NCBI GenBank assembly: GCA_951406725.2
Contig: OX597825.1
Location: 78,616,001 to 78,680,000, forward strand
DNA length: 64,000 nt
Source: Octopus vulgaris
Taxonomy: Eukaryota
Direction: 5' to 3'
This document shows positions 12,442 through 27,131 of this stretch, piece by piece; position 1 is the stretch's first letter; every line of letters begins with the position of its first letter. Below the pieces are notes generated by a model. That model made no database searches and was not told the DNA's origin. It saw nothing but the letters and a program-made list of their open reading frames with translations. The position numbers and the translations under genes were made by a program.

Positions 12442-15400
12442 TGTGTGTGTGTGTGTGTGTGTGTGTGCCTTTGTGTTTGTGCTTGTGCCTAATCACTGCT
12501 TGACAGCCAGCGTTGGTTTGTTTACATTCTCGTACTACTATAGCGGTTCGGCAAAAGAGAGCGATAAAATACGTACTAAACTTTAAAAAAACATAAAGGG
12601 TAGATTTGTTCGACTAAAACCTTTCAAGGCGGTGCCCCAGTATGGCTGCAGTTTTGTGACTGAAACAAGCAAAACGTAAAAGTTAAAAGATATAAATGTT
12701 CAAAAATGGAAGAATAATTTGGTTTTCCTGCGAGGACGGAAGGAAGTCCAATGTTTATACAAACATTTCATAGTAGAAATGTTTATATTATCTGTATCAT
12801 TCGAACAAGAAGAGATTTAAGAGAATCTAGGATTGTTATTTATAAAATTTAGAAAAACATTTGAGGGGCTAAAAATACAGCAGTTATACCGAAAGCACAA
12901 AGCAATCACTAAGCTCTTGGCAACTGTGTCATCTCTATAAACAACCCGTAGTCTTCTGTGAATGTCGGACAACCTGCGTCCCTCTTTCTTCAAGATCTCA
13001 ATGAGGGTAGGTTGCTTCTACTTGGGACCCATTATTTGCCTGCGATTAAGAAAAACAAGAAGAGTTAATCTACCAAACTGCATAATTTGTATAATTATTG
13101 CGCCGGCAGAATCGTTAGCATGCCAGGCAAAATGCTCAACGGTATTTCGTCCATCTTATCGTTCTGAGTTCAAATTCCGCCGAGGTCGACTTTGTCTTTC
13201 ATCCTTTCGGAGTCGATTAAATAAGTACCAGTTACGCACTGGGGTCGATATAATCGACTTAATCCGTTTGTCTGTCCTTGTTTGTCCTCTCTGTGTTTAG
13301 CCCCTTGTGGGTAGTAAAGAAATAGGTATTTCACCCATCTTATCGTTTTGAGTTCAAATTCCGCCGAGGTCGACTTTACTTTTCATCCTTTCGAGATGGA
13401 TAAAATAATACCAGATAAGTACAGAGGCCGATATAATCGACTTACCCACTTCCTCGAAATTGCTGGCCTAGGACCAAAATTTGGAACCTATATAAAATGT
13501 CATGCCGACTTTTGAATTACTTTCGGTACAACCCTTGAACCAAAATTCAGCGACAAATTTTGACAGAAATCACCACGAGATGTCATATATTGTGATTTCC
13601 ATTGCTGACGTTTCAATTTAGAGCAATTGATACAGACTAATGGCTGACACAGACAATTACTAGCTTCCTAAGATCCTGCTGTTTATTTTGAGTTATTTTC
13701 TTTCTCTTTGCTTTTCGCTATATCGATAGATTCATAATTGGAAACCCTATAATCACTCACATTGCAATCAAACGTTGTTTTATAATATGGAGTTTATGGC
13801 ATGTGGAAATCTAAGCTCATATGCCACACGAAAAAAAAAAGAAGCAATTCTAAGACAAATGTGTTTTATTAAACAAGAGCTTTGAAATAGACAACATTTC
13901 TTTCTCTGCGGCTTGGTGTTTTAATGGCAAGATACCTGCTTGGAGCACAAGGTAAGCATGATACATAAATGTGGTCATGAGAGAACTCCAGTGTAGTCAA
14001 TTCAACATCGAAAACCTCGAAGGACAGCCACTGAGACTTGTTGGTAGCTATAGAAGAAAAACTTTGCTATTAGAAATTGATGAAGCCAAATGAAATGAAA
14101 TAGTATATTTAATGGGATGAGGTTAATGCGTGGAAGGAAAACATCTTACGTTGCACAATATAAAGTCTATATTTAGGGTACGGCAAAAAACGTCACACAT
14201 TTGACAGACTGACAAATGTTTCAATTGAAAATGCATGGTGTTAACTGAACCAAACCATGACAGTAACTGGAAAAGAAAAGGTAAAATATTAATTCCAGAT
14301 TTTGACACAAGGCCAGCAATTTCAAGCGGTGGGGAGGGGGAGTTAATTACATCGACCACAGTGCTTAACTGGTATTTATTTTATCGACCTCAAAAGGGAT
14401 GAAAGGCTATGTCAACCCCGATGACATTTTGAATTTTATGATTTCAGTTCAAATTCTGTCGAGGTTGACTTTACCTTAAATCGGTGGTCGATAAAATAAG
14501 TTCCAGTTGAGCATTGCGATCCATGTAATTGACTTACTCACCTCACCCTTAAAATTGCTGGCCTTGTGTCAAAATTTGAAACAAACAGTAAAATAGTCTC
14601 TTCAGGAAGACACCGATACTATCTACCTAACTTCACTAAGCTTCTTAAACACTGAAACAAAAAGATGTTTCTCTGTCGTACCTGACATTTTATGAGATGA
14701 AATATTTTCGTTTGCTACTGTTACAAATACTAGTAGAATAGTTTAAATAATTATGATTTGATATCAATTATTACAAATTCAAATGTAAAAATTATTAAAG
14801 AGTAAATTATTTTCCGTCTTCCGTGATATTTCAAACCGCGTACTAACTTTTGTCGGTTCATGGACATCAGAAGGAACAGTTGTTCTCCCACGACGGAGCG
14901 CGGTTTCACCTGTTCGTTGACATCACCTCATATATGGCTAGTGCGAGATTTAAGACAAGTCCAATCGAAACCAATGTATTACTGGTAGCTACTACAACAT
15001 AAAAGACATCAGTATCGAAAGCTGTTGTTTTTGTTGTTTAAACAATGTCAGTTCGGATGAAGCAAACTTATGAACATATGCACTACAGTCGTGACCATCC
15101 CGCTTCTTTTCTTTTTCTTTTTTTTTTTTTAGAAAATATAATTTGTATCTAGGCAAACATTTTTGAGTATATTCTTTCGTTTTAAGACAGGACAACATTA
15201 TTTGAGGGAGATTTCACCGCAGTTTCTAGTAGGACGAGAAACAATTCTTGGGACTTTCTGAAAGAGAGAGATTGTACCCACGATAAAAAGGATTTACGCA
15301 TAAATGGCAATTGTTTGACTCTCTTGTTATTGATTTACAAATATTGACTTCAAATTTTGGCACCAGGCCAGCAATTGGAGGGAAAAAGTAAGTCAATTAC

Positions 15401-16376
15401 ATTGACCCCAGTAATCAGCTGGTACATATTTTATTGACCCCGAAAGAATGAAAGCCAAAATTGACCTCGGCAGAATTTCAACTCAGAATGTTAAATACGG
15501 ACGAAATGTCGCTAAGTATTTCGTCCGGCGTACAAACGATTCTACCACCGCGCTGCTTTATTGATTTACAAATAGGGCTTCAAATTTTGACACATGGCCA
15601 ACTCTTTTTAAAGGAATGGATAAGTCAGTCCCCAGTAGTCGACTGATGCTGATTTCATCGACCCTGAAAGGATAGTTAGTTAAAGTCGACCCCGGTGGAG
15701 TTTGAACTCAGAACGTAAAGAGCTGGAAGTGATTGCATAAATATTGGTTTCAAATTTTGGCACGAGGCCAACAAGTCTGGGGAAAGGTGTAAGTCGATTA
15801 AATCGACCCCCAGTGCTTCACTGGTACTTATTTAATCGACCCCGAAAGAATGGGAATCGAGGTCTACCCCGGCGGAATTTGAACTCAGGACATAAAGATT
15901 GGCAAGCGTTGTCAACCATAGAGGAAAGAAAGGAAAGAACATACCTAAACTCATTTATTATTCTTTTTCTTTCTTTCCAAAATGACTGTCTTTGGAAACT
16001 TGTTTTAAAAGATGCTACGATGGTGTCTAGAGGTGATGTGAGCTTCAATGCTACAACAGCTGGAATTACATCAACTCATACTGACAGATTGGTTTTGTTT
16101 TGTTAAAAATGTGTTTGTAAGCCGTTTGGCTTTTGTATACGTTTTTTCGTTTTTTTTTTCTCTCGCACTGTTCAAGGTCACTCGCTATTCTAGAAAAGTG
16201 TTATTTCATAGCTGTCTGTTCTTAAGGACTTTCAACCTAGTTTTAGTAATGGAATAGAATAAGGATTTAAATGCAAAAAAGAATTTCTATTTAAACAGGA
16301 GATATGAATAAAATGACAGATAAAAAACATATATATGTGTGTGTGTGTGTGTGTGTGTATACTTATATATATAAAC

Positions 16377-16441
<65 letters not shown>

Positions 16442-16454
16442 CTTATATATATAA

Positions 16455-16630
<176 letters not shown>

Positions 16631-16691
16631 GTATGTGTGTGTGTGTATATATATATATATACATGCATATATATATATACACATATATATG

Positions 16692-16734
<43 letters not shown>

Positions 16735-16748
16735 TTATATATATAAAC

Positions 16749-16789
<41 letters not shown>

Positions 16790-17203
16790 TGCATATATAT
16801 ACATAATTAGGTAGATATACAGATATATATAGATAGACATACATATATACGTATATGCATATAAATGTGTGTGTATATTGTGTGTGTGTGCGCGTGTAAA
16901 ATAAATGCTGAAAACTGTATACAACTGTTTGCCACGCACTCCCTGCCTGTACTTTTAGCTCCATAAATAACTGCACACTTGGCTCTTCCAACATCCTATT
17001 ACAATTTCGTTCCTATTATTTTGTTCATAATAATTATTACTGTTCGGGTCCCCCAATTTTCTCTGATATGATTGCTATTTATATCATCTCTTGACTTTAT
17101 ATGCTTATACAACCCATTTACTTCCAAAAACAATATACAATGCCTACGTGAGAATAAGGTCTTTTTTCTTTTTAAAGCAGTATTTTTTTAGGTTGTTTAA
17201 ATA

Positions 17204-17437
17204 TTGGGTTGGTGCATAATTATCGCGGCTTTTCTTTTTTTTCAACAAACTTTATTCAACAAAAATAATAACAATATGTAGCAAAAACATCTTTAAATGA
17301 TTATTCCGGAGCATATTCACTATCTACTTCAATTATTGCTTCCTATTTGCTTGGCAGACAGTCAGACCGTCATTTAAAGAAGTTTTTGTCGAATAAAATT
17401 TGTTGAAAAAAGCCGCAATAATTATGCACCAGCCCAA
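17204..17437. mobile_element. mariner-derived MITE
   Basis: TA-flanked ~30-bp TIRs ttgggttggtgcataattatcgcggcttt and aaagccgcaataattatgcaccagcccaa. Minus strand has a remnant LPSK*EAIIEVDSEYAPE resembling a mariner transposase C-terminus. Confidence 0.8.
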
Positions 17438-18899
17438 TAGATCACATTATCCATCTATCCATTCATCTTCTGCGCTGACTATTCCTGGGATTGTCGCGTG
17501 AGTAGATTCTTCAGGTACTTCTTCTATGGGGTTCGATCAAAAGGAACCGTCGTTACACTTTGCTGGATCCCGAAGCGTGACCAAGTACGACTGTTGGTAT
17601 TATCCGGCTTTCTCCTTCATGGTCTTCCCACTAGGCCCTGCTGCCGATTGTTTTGGTTTGAAAAACCAGTCTTGCAGTTCTTTCCTGCGACATTCTACTC
17701 ACATGTCTCTTATACCAGATCTGTGACGTCTCAATACAGAGAAGACCTGGAGAGATGCTCTTGTCTCCGAGCTACGCATCCTTTGGAGTAACGTTGCTCC
17801 AGTGAAGGGGCGGTGGCTTGGTGGTTAAGATATTCGGCCCCCGATTGCTATGTCGTGAGTTCGATTTTCAGCGGCGCGTTCTGTTCGCGAGCATGACACA
17901 TTCTTTCACGTCATTCCAGATCACTCAACAAAAATGAGTGATTAGCACTTGTGTTTCAAAGGGCCAGCCTTCTCACACTTTGTCACGGTGAATTTCCCTG
18001 AGAACTATGTGGAGTACTCAGCCAGGTGATCTGCTAATCAGATCAACTGAAACTCTTGTCACCATAACCAATGGAATACCAGTTACGGTTACTTCGGAGA
18101 CCCTTCGGACGGATTCCATTTCGGGGAAGGAAGGACTTGATAAGCGATTAGTGAAAGGTCAAAGGGTATGCAGGTATGTATGCATGTACGTTTATGTGTA
18201 TATACATTTGTATGGATGGATGAATGGGTAGATGTATGCATGCATACATGCATATATGTATGTACGTATGTATGCATGCATATATGTATGTATGCATGCA
18301 AGTGTGCATGTATGCATGGATGCATGTTTGTATGTATGTATGTATATGTGGATCGATGGATGGATGGGATGGGGTGGATTTTCAATTTTTAATTATTTGA
18401 AATTTTCCTGTAAGGAAGGAGCTGGTTTCTAACAAAGATACAAATCTCCATCATTGGAAAGTAGACGACAAAAACAAATTCAAATTTTACACTTGAGAAA
18501 AGTGTGTATGTATGTATTATGTATTTATGTATGTGTGTGTGTGTGTATATATGTATGTGTGTATGTGTGTATGTATGTGTGTATGTGTGTATGTATGTGT
18601 GTATGTGTGCATATATGTATATATGAATTATGTATGTATGTGTGTATGTGTGTATGTATGTATGTGTATGTGTGTATGTATGTATGTGTGTATGTGTGTA
18701 TGCATGTATGTATGTGTGTATGTGTGTATGCATGTATGTATGCATGCATGTATGTATATATGTATGTAAGGACTTGTGTATGTATGTATGTATGTACTCT
18801 TTCGCATTCTGTTAGAGTAAACTTTGACCGGTCACCTGCTTTCTAGCAAGGTGATGAAGGAAAGCGTCTTCTTTTAGCCATCATCCTTTAAATCTTAAA

Positions 18900-19860
18900 A
18901 GGGTTCTGCAGGTTTTTATAGTCCCAGATATCTTGCATTGCCTACATCTGTTGTCTGTCAAAACTTTTTCTGCTTATTATGCCGTACGTACTTTGTGAGG
19001 ATCTTTTGTTCTTCAATTGCATGGAAGTAACTTTCAAAACGGAGTGTCATAAATTTGTCGGTACTCCATGCCATTCTTATGACATGATCAATTCCTTCTA
19101 TGGTTTTAAGGCGGCGAGCTGGTAGAATCGTTAGCACGCCGGGCGAAATGCTTAGCGGTATTTCGTCTACCGTTATGTTCTGGGTTCAAATTCCGCCAAG
19201 GTCGACTTTGCCTTTCATCCTTTCGGGGTCGATAAATTAAGTACCAGTTACGCACTGGGATCGATATAATCGACTTAATCCGTTTGTCTGTCCTCGTTTG
19301 TCCTCTCTGTATTTAGCCCCTTGTGGGTAGTAAAGAAATAAATTCCTTCTATAGTTTGAGATTTTCATCCCTAGCACCCATGAACTGTCTTCTCAGTTAA
19401 GTGGCCCTTTTTTTAATATTTTGTTCTGATAAATAGATTTTCTACCAATGCTCCTTAGGTTGTGATCTGTATAATCCCTTATTCCATACTTCTCAAGTCC
19501 GTTAGATATCCCAGTTATATAGTTGATTTCATGGTCGCAAACTTGGACCAGATAGCTACTAGTCGCTTTCTTCTGCTGCAGAAGTTGTTTCAGTGTCACA
19601 AAACATGCTTCATATGACTTCAATACAGATTTGTGACCACGGCTACCGTCGTTGCGAGGGAAGTATAGGCTGTCTACACCTCCATCGATGTTGAAGTTTC
19701 ATGTAGCACGGAGCAGTTTGCGAGTTCAGCAGGCCAAACGCAGGTGTGAGGACAGGCATTGCCAAGATATTTGGAAGCAAATGCTTGTTGTAAGCTGAGA
19801 GTTCCGATGACCATTTTCTCTTTACTCTCATGAGGTATTCATTCCTGGTCCTCTCCTTAT
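18900..19860 (-). mobile_element. R4/Dong-type LINE fragment (post-RT region) with a nested SINE
   Basis: Peptides KERTRNEYLMRVKRKWSSELSAYNKH..AMPVLTPAFGLLN and WSTDKFMTLRFESYFHAIEEQKILTKY resemble the R4/Dong thumb and linker region. Confidence 0.65.
19108..19340 (+). mobile_element. SINE family A (Meta/Nin-like core), full length with TSD
   Basis: ggcggcgagctgg...ggttcaaattcc...gtcgactttgcctttcatcctttcggggtcgataaattaagtaccag...gtaaagaaata. TSD aattccttctat(g/a)gttt at 19090-19106 and 19341-19357. More than 15 copies in the window, e.g. 13105-13490, 15350-15550, 36225-36435, 62125-62335. Confidence 0.85.
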
Positions 19861-20997
19861 TATGTATGCATGAATGTTTGAATGTATATGTTTGTATGTA
19901 TGTATTAATGTGTGCAAACATGCGTTTATGTATGTCATTGTGCAGTTTATTTCAAGATTTCTTAACAATAGAGAGTCGGTTTCTAACCTAGATTCAAGGC
20001 TCCTTCATTGGAATTTTAACATCAACAACAGGTTATTTTTGTATGTACGTATGTATGTCTTATGTATGTATGCATGTATGTCTTATGTATGTATGTATGC
20101 ATGCATGCATGTATGTATGTATACATGCAGGCATATATGTATCTGTGTACGTATGTATTTATGTATGTATGTACAAATGTATGTATGTATGTATGTATGA
20201 ATGTATGTATGAATGTATGTATGTATGTATGCATGTATGTATGTATGTATGTATGCATGTATGTATGTATGAATGAATGTATGCATGTATGTATGTATGC
20301 ATGCATGCATGTATGCATGCATGCATGTATGCATGCATGCATGTATGCATGCATGTATGCATGTATGTATGTATGTATGTATGTATGTATGTATGTATGT
20401 ATGTATGTATGTATGTATGTATGTATGTATGTATGTATGAATGAATGTATGCATGTATGTATGTATGTATGTATGTATGTATGTATGTATGTATGTATGT
20501 ATTTATGTATGAATGTAAGTATGTAAGTATGTGTAACAATTTAGGCTAGAACGCCACACAATTCCCGAAGACCTTCGAAAGCCACATTACGAACATACAA
20601 GCAACAACGTAAACCACATTCCAAAATTCCAAACGCTTAAACGGCAACATCTTGACGACAGCGAGAAAACACTTCGTCCTTGAATCAGTCGCCGATCATT
20701 CTTTGAAAATACGAGAAACACTCACGACTGCTCTCGTATCTAGGACAGAATTTGCTGCAACAAATCGGCCGAACATTCTTGTCTCTTCCTTCTGAAGAGT
20801 AGCTGAACCGATTCATTTTTAAAATAAATATGTAAATACTGGAATAGGCGTAGCTGTGAGGTGCGCAGTTTGCTTCCTAACCACGTTGTTCTGGGTTCAG
20901 TCCCGTTGCACAGCTTGGATATGTTTCTTCTACTATAGCCTCGGGGCCAACCAAAGCCTTGTGTTGGATTTGGTAGACAGAAAGTGAAAGGAGACCA

Positions 20998-21035
<38 letters not shown>

Positions 21036-21162
21036 CGATCTTCTTTCACTTTCTGTCAACCATATCCAACACAAATTCATACATGTATACATATATATAA
21101 ATATATGTGCGTGTGTGTGTGTGTGTGAGAGTGTGTGCATACACACACATACATACATACAT

Positions 21163-21260
<98 letters not shown>

Positions 21261-21857
21261 GCACACATACATATATGTATACATAAAATAAGCTTAATAT
21301 GCTCCGGAATTGTCAAACACGCTTCAATTTTTCTAAAATTGAATAAAATAATGCGGATATACACGTACATGATGAACAATGCTTAGAAATAAAAAAATTT
21401 TGTTGGAATCCAACCAAAGAATGTGTATCCAACCACGAATAATACATTTGATGACGATCGGAAATCAAACTGATTCTAAGTACAATGTAAATGTTGATTT
21501 AAAATATAAAACATCGTGAGAGCCCTGATTGGAACACTTTGACCTGTCTGCTCGATCGGGGCTGACTTGGTGCTAAGCTTAAACAATAACAACATGTAGA
21601 AGACACGGGTTCGAATCCCATTGCTTTTTGATTTGTGTATTGTACGAGTCATTTAGGCAGAACGTTAGAAAAGTGACTTCCAGAAATTCTTCCGGTTTTT
21701 TTTGCATTTTGAGTTCAAATTCCGCCGAAATCAGCTTTGCTTTCATACCTCAGGGATCGATAAAATTATGTACAAGTCGACTAGTTTCTCTCTCCTTCAG
21801 AATTTCTGGCCTTGTGACTAAATTAGAAACCATATCATATCACTCATTTCCTGAGTT

Positions 21858-22275
21858 GGATCTTTTCGGTTTGAACGGCAGTTTTGTAAAATAATTTCCA
21901 CGTAACTAAACACTTTTAAACTTCATATACTGGTAGAATGTGTTTATAAAACATCTTTTTCTCTTGGCTTTATTGAGAAAATTATATAGTTTGTAAGATA
22001 TTTATTGTTTTTTCTTCAATTTCTGCAATTTCAACCAATCAGTGACGTCTATTGAGTTAAAAAACATTCTGTGCCATATGAAAATGCCCCTCGTTTAAGA
22101 AACAGATTGGGTTTATTTACATTTGTGAAGAAAAAAAATACCTTTCCCCCACCCCTAAACTTAACTAACCCTAAAATAGATTGAAATGCAATAGATCGAT
22201 ACTAGGGTCATAATTATGGGTGACAATTTCATATGACACCGTTAGAAAAAACTGCCGTTCAAACCGAAAAGGTCC
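21858..22275. mobile_element. MITE, second copy of the 870-1316 family
   Basis: Same TIRs and collinear internal sequence. Confidence 0.85.
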
Positions 22276-23949
22276 CCAGGGTCGATGATATCGACTAGTT
22301 TCTCTCTCTTTCAGAATTGCTGGCCTTGTGACTAAATCAGCAACCATCGCTCATTTCCTGAATTTGCATTGAAATTAATTAATTTTATTTTTAATATAGG
22401 CGTGTTACACTTTATTCAGTCCCACAGCAATCATGAAGACATTTTCATTTAATTTCAACTGTTGCTTACATTCTGACAGTCAGCATTGCTCGTGAAACTC
22501 ATATTTCAGCGCGTGCATCGTTCTGATGACAGGCTGACTGTTAATATTCTAATTCGGTCAGCATCGTGATTGCTCGGCTGGTAGATCCTCATGCTCACCC
22601 GATAGCATTTTAACTCTAGCATTATTTTCAGAACACGACGAGATAATAAGCTTTTTGTAGAATAAAATGCGAGATATTTTTCTTATCATATTTCATATCA
22701 ACTCTATTTACATAGTTTACAACTGTACTGACACCGAAGGCATTTTTAAACATAAAATAACATAAAATAAACTTGTGTTATTTGTTTTAGTTCATTATAT
22801 TATTTACGTTAAAGAAAAAAAATCACTATTTTTCTTTTTTCTAATTTCTTCTTTAGCATTTAGTATTCTCCATTAACAGAACTTTTTCAACGATTGCGTT
22901 AACAAAATGTCCAGTCTTTTAAACTCTTCGTGCCAAATAAATGGTTGATTTCCGCGTAGAATTTGCTAAAATACAATTTTATTTTTCGTGCATACAATTT
23001 CCCAGTATGACAGCTAATGAGTAGCAAAGAGGTATTCATTACTGACGCTGCCATTGTTGTTGTTGTTGTTGGTGTTGTTGTTATTTTGCTCTGGGTCAGT
23101 TTTAGTCAAGCAGACATATTCAAAGAGTTCCAACCATCGCCATTCTACGATATTGTCACACATTGTATCCAGAACTACAATATGCAATGTGTGCGGCGCG
23201 TCTCTTATTTCAAGATGTTAATGTGTCGTTTGAGGAGGGAGGGCTTTTCTAACAGGTCGAAGAGCTATGTAGAAACTTCTTCGTAAGTTCGAATGAAAAA
23301 ATCAAGTGCACATGTAAAAGAAAGACTATAACAAGAGGCATGTTGTTACATTACCAGCACGAATCTCCTTTTAAATCCTAGTTTACACATCCCTTCCACG
23401 AGAAAACCTGTTTTTGGCTGCAATTTCTTGCAGAGTGACCTGCTAAAAGACATAACCTTTTTCAAGAAGCAGGCTGCATGAGACATAGCACATCATCAAG
23501 CAGCTATTATAAAAAATACTCAAGGTAAGCGTGCCATTCAGAAAGTCTAGCGGGCCGCATGCGGCCATAGTTTGCCCATGACCGAGTTAAAATTACAGTC
23601 AAATGTAGGCCCCTAGTAGTAGCAGTACATCTTAGAAATAGCATCCAAATTTCCCTGAGATTACACCCTAATGTTTTAAAATGGGAAGAACACATTACAA
23701 AGCCCTGAAAATAAGGGGTTATGAGGGAAGGACTACCTCTGGTCATAAGACTACTACTCGATCGGTCTAACCTTGGGCTAAATTCTAACACCACCAGCAT
23801 ATCTACGTACAAGCCACTAAAGATACTTTTATCTTGTAGCTTGATGTGCTAGAAATAGCTGCACAATCTTCCTCTAATTTCTAATTTAGGGAGTTCATTG
23901 GTCAAACGATGTGGACATACAGCTGTCTTGAAGTTTAGATCTACTGGTA

Positions 23950-24580
23950 TAACATCAAAATTCACTTAACATCATAACTAGAGTAACATCATAACTGGCC
24001 TAACATCAAAATAGACCAGGCATCATAACGGGCCCAACACCGTAAATTGTCTATAATAACTGACTTACATCATAACTGGACTACCATCATAACTGAAGTA
24101 ACTGGACTACAATCATAATGGACCTAACATCATAAATTGTCAAATATCATAACTTGTCAAATATCATCATAACTGGACTAATATAACTGGCCTAACATCA
24201 TAAACCGTCTAACATCACAACTGAACTAACAATATGACTAGTCCAGCATCATAACTAACCTAACATTATAACTGAGCTAATATGATAACTAACATAACAT
24301 CATAAATAATCTAACATCATAACTGGACTCACATCATAACTGAACTAACATCATAACTAGACTAACATCACAACTGGTCTAACATCATGATTGACGTAAC
24401 ATCACAACGCAGTTAACGTCATAGCTGAGCTAACATTATAACTAGCCTAGCATCATAAATAGTCTATGTCATAACTGTTCTGATATCATAACTGGTCTAG
24501 TATCATAATTCAACTAACATCATAACTGATCAAACGTCATAATTGGCCTAACATCATAACTGAGCTATCACATAAGAACA
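23950..24580. repeat. Degenerate ~18-bp minisatellite (aacatcataactggcct)
   Basis: About 30 diverged units visible. Confidence 0.85.
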
Positions 24581-24914
24581 CATTTAGTATATGACTCCTG
24601 ATATAACACTCCGGGATGTAATAACCTCACATCTGATATAATACCACACGTGACATTACAAAATACATCTGACATTATGTTGTTGCTGTTATTATTGCTT
24701 TGGTGATGGTGGTGGTGATGGTGGTGGTGGTGGTAGTGTTAGTCCTTTAACCTCAGAGATCAAACTTATGACCAAATTACATCCTGGTCGTTGTTATCCC
24801 TTATTTTAAAGACAATTAGGGCTGCATTACCCGCTATGTTTTTTACTTTCCCAGGACAATAGAGTGTCATTTGAAGGAGACTTAGGTAGTATTTTTCGCA
24901 GATCAAGACCAGGG

Positions 24915-25650
24915 CGTGATATTGTGTCAACTGTGCTGCAAGATCTTATATGATATCACGTGAAATTTATTTTAATGTCAAGTTGAATAGTCTTTATGTT
25001 ATGATATTACGTGATGCTTGAAATATCAAATTATATATTTTATCGAATATATCTTATGACTTGTAATGTCAAATGTGATGTTGTGTTGTGTGGTGATATG
25101 TCAAGCATGAAGATATGTCAAGTGAGTTATGTCAAATACAATATGTCAAGTGTGATTTTCTGTCAAGTGAGCTTTTATGTCAAGTGTTATGTCAAGTATA
25201 ATATTATGTCAAGTGTGTTGCTATACCAAATATATGTCGAGTGTTATTGTCATGTATGATGATATGATAAAAGTGATTATATTTTTTAAGTATGTTATAT
25301 CAAGTGTGTTACTACTTGAAGTGTCATATGTTGCGTGTGTTAAGTCGTGCGTTTGATTGTCAAATGTGCAATTGTGTCGTGTTGTTATGTCAAGTCTGTT
25401 GATAAATCAAGTGTGTATTGTTATTAAGTGAAGTATTTTCATATGTCAAAGTATTTTCATATGTCAAATGCGTTGTTATGGATGTCAAGTGTATTGCTAC
25501 CAGCGTGTTGTCTTGTCAAGTGTGCAATAATTATGTCATGTACTGATACCATATGTATCAGATGTGTTGACATGTCGACTGTGGGTGTCATGTCAAACGA
25601 GAAGTTATGTTCAGTGCGTTGTTGTCAAGTGCTGTTATGTTAAGTGAGAT
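24915..25650. repeat. Degenerate ~16-bp minisatellite (ttatgtcaagtgtg)
   Basis: Recurrent tgtcaagtg cores. Confidence 0.75.
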
Positions 25651-25887
25651 GATATTATAAAACGCGTGTGGTATTTATCTTTTACATGTTTCAGTCATTA
25701 GATAGTGGCCATGCTGGGGCACCACCTTGAAGAAATTTTAGTCGAATGAATCGATCCCAGTATTATTCTATCCGTCTCTTTTGCCAAAACTATTAAGTTA
25801 CGGGGATACAAACACACCAACACCGTTTGTCGACCGGTGGTGAGGGACAGAAAAAGACACATGCACACATACACATATGTGTATATA

Positions 25888-25973
<86 letters not shown>

Positions 25974-26138
25974 GTATATATATATGTGTATATACATATA
26001 TAGATATACCTATACACACACATACACACACACACACACATATGTGTGTGTGTCAAATATATCGTATAACTTGTAATGTCCAATGTGATGTTGTATTGTG
26101 TGGTGATATGTCAAGCATGAAGTTATGTTAAGTGAGTT

Positions 26139-26330
26139 CGTCATTCGCCATGATAGATCGCTAGCCACTACACATACTTTATTTACTCTCCTTGTTTCTT
26201 TCTGTGTTCTTGCTGTGGAAGAATATAGGTTCGAAACGTTAAAGACTTTTTCACTTCCCGGGCGTTAAACTAATACATCTGTTTGTTGTCTACACCAGCT
26301 GTCTTCGTCTTTTGTCTTTTTGTGAATTCT

Positions 26331-26334
<4 letters not shown>
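26139..26334 (+). mobile_element. Probable Penelope-like terminal fragment
   Basis: Related copy in reverse at about 33540-33700. Contains a degenerate ctgtggaaga...ttcgaaacgtt motif and ends in (TA)n. Confidence 0.4.
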
Positions 26335-26400
<66 letters not shown>

Positions 26401-27131
26401 GATGGGCTTCTTTCAGATTCCGTCTGTCAAATCCGCTCACAAAACTTTAACCGGCCTAAAACTATAATAGAAGACACTTACTTACTTACCCAGGGTGCCA
26501 CGCAGTGGGACTTTCGAAACATTTTGATGATGTTATATAAAATGAGATGCTGTGCTGATTGAGTGTTAGAAGATTCTATAGGGTGTCGTGGGGTGGATTG
26601 TGTGATATTTTGGGTTATCACAAGCACGTTAGTGATTCATCTGAAAAAAAAATAAAGGACAAATTTGAACTCATCGGGATTTGAAACCGGAACGCAAAAA
26701 CACGGAAGAAACGTTACAAGGCATTTTGTTCGCTGCTCAAGCGGTTCTGTCAATTCGCTTGTAAATATACTCTGCTACGGGATGCATCTTACCATTTATT
26801 TTCGATGACGTCTTGGACTGCATCTAGTCTTGGGGCCTTGGTTCTGGAGTCCCAGGGTAAGCGGCGGTGGTATAGAACAATCTCTTAGCCACAATTGTTC
26901 CCACCTCTACCCTGGCCTGAACTAGTAGCGCCTGTCCGGGTTCGAGCTATGAGTTAATTAAAATAATTAGAGTTTGTCAAACAACCTATTCATGTGAAGA
27001 CTGGATCCTGGATCCGGAAGACACTGCGAAAGAAACCGGCAAGGTTCAAAGGAGGGAAAGGCGTTGTTCTTGTTGTTGTTGTTGTTGGAGGTGGGGTACT
27101 GTTGTTTTCATCGTTGCAAGTGTTAAGGTGT

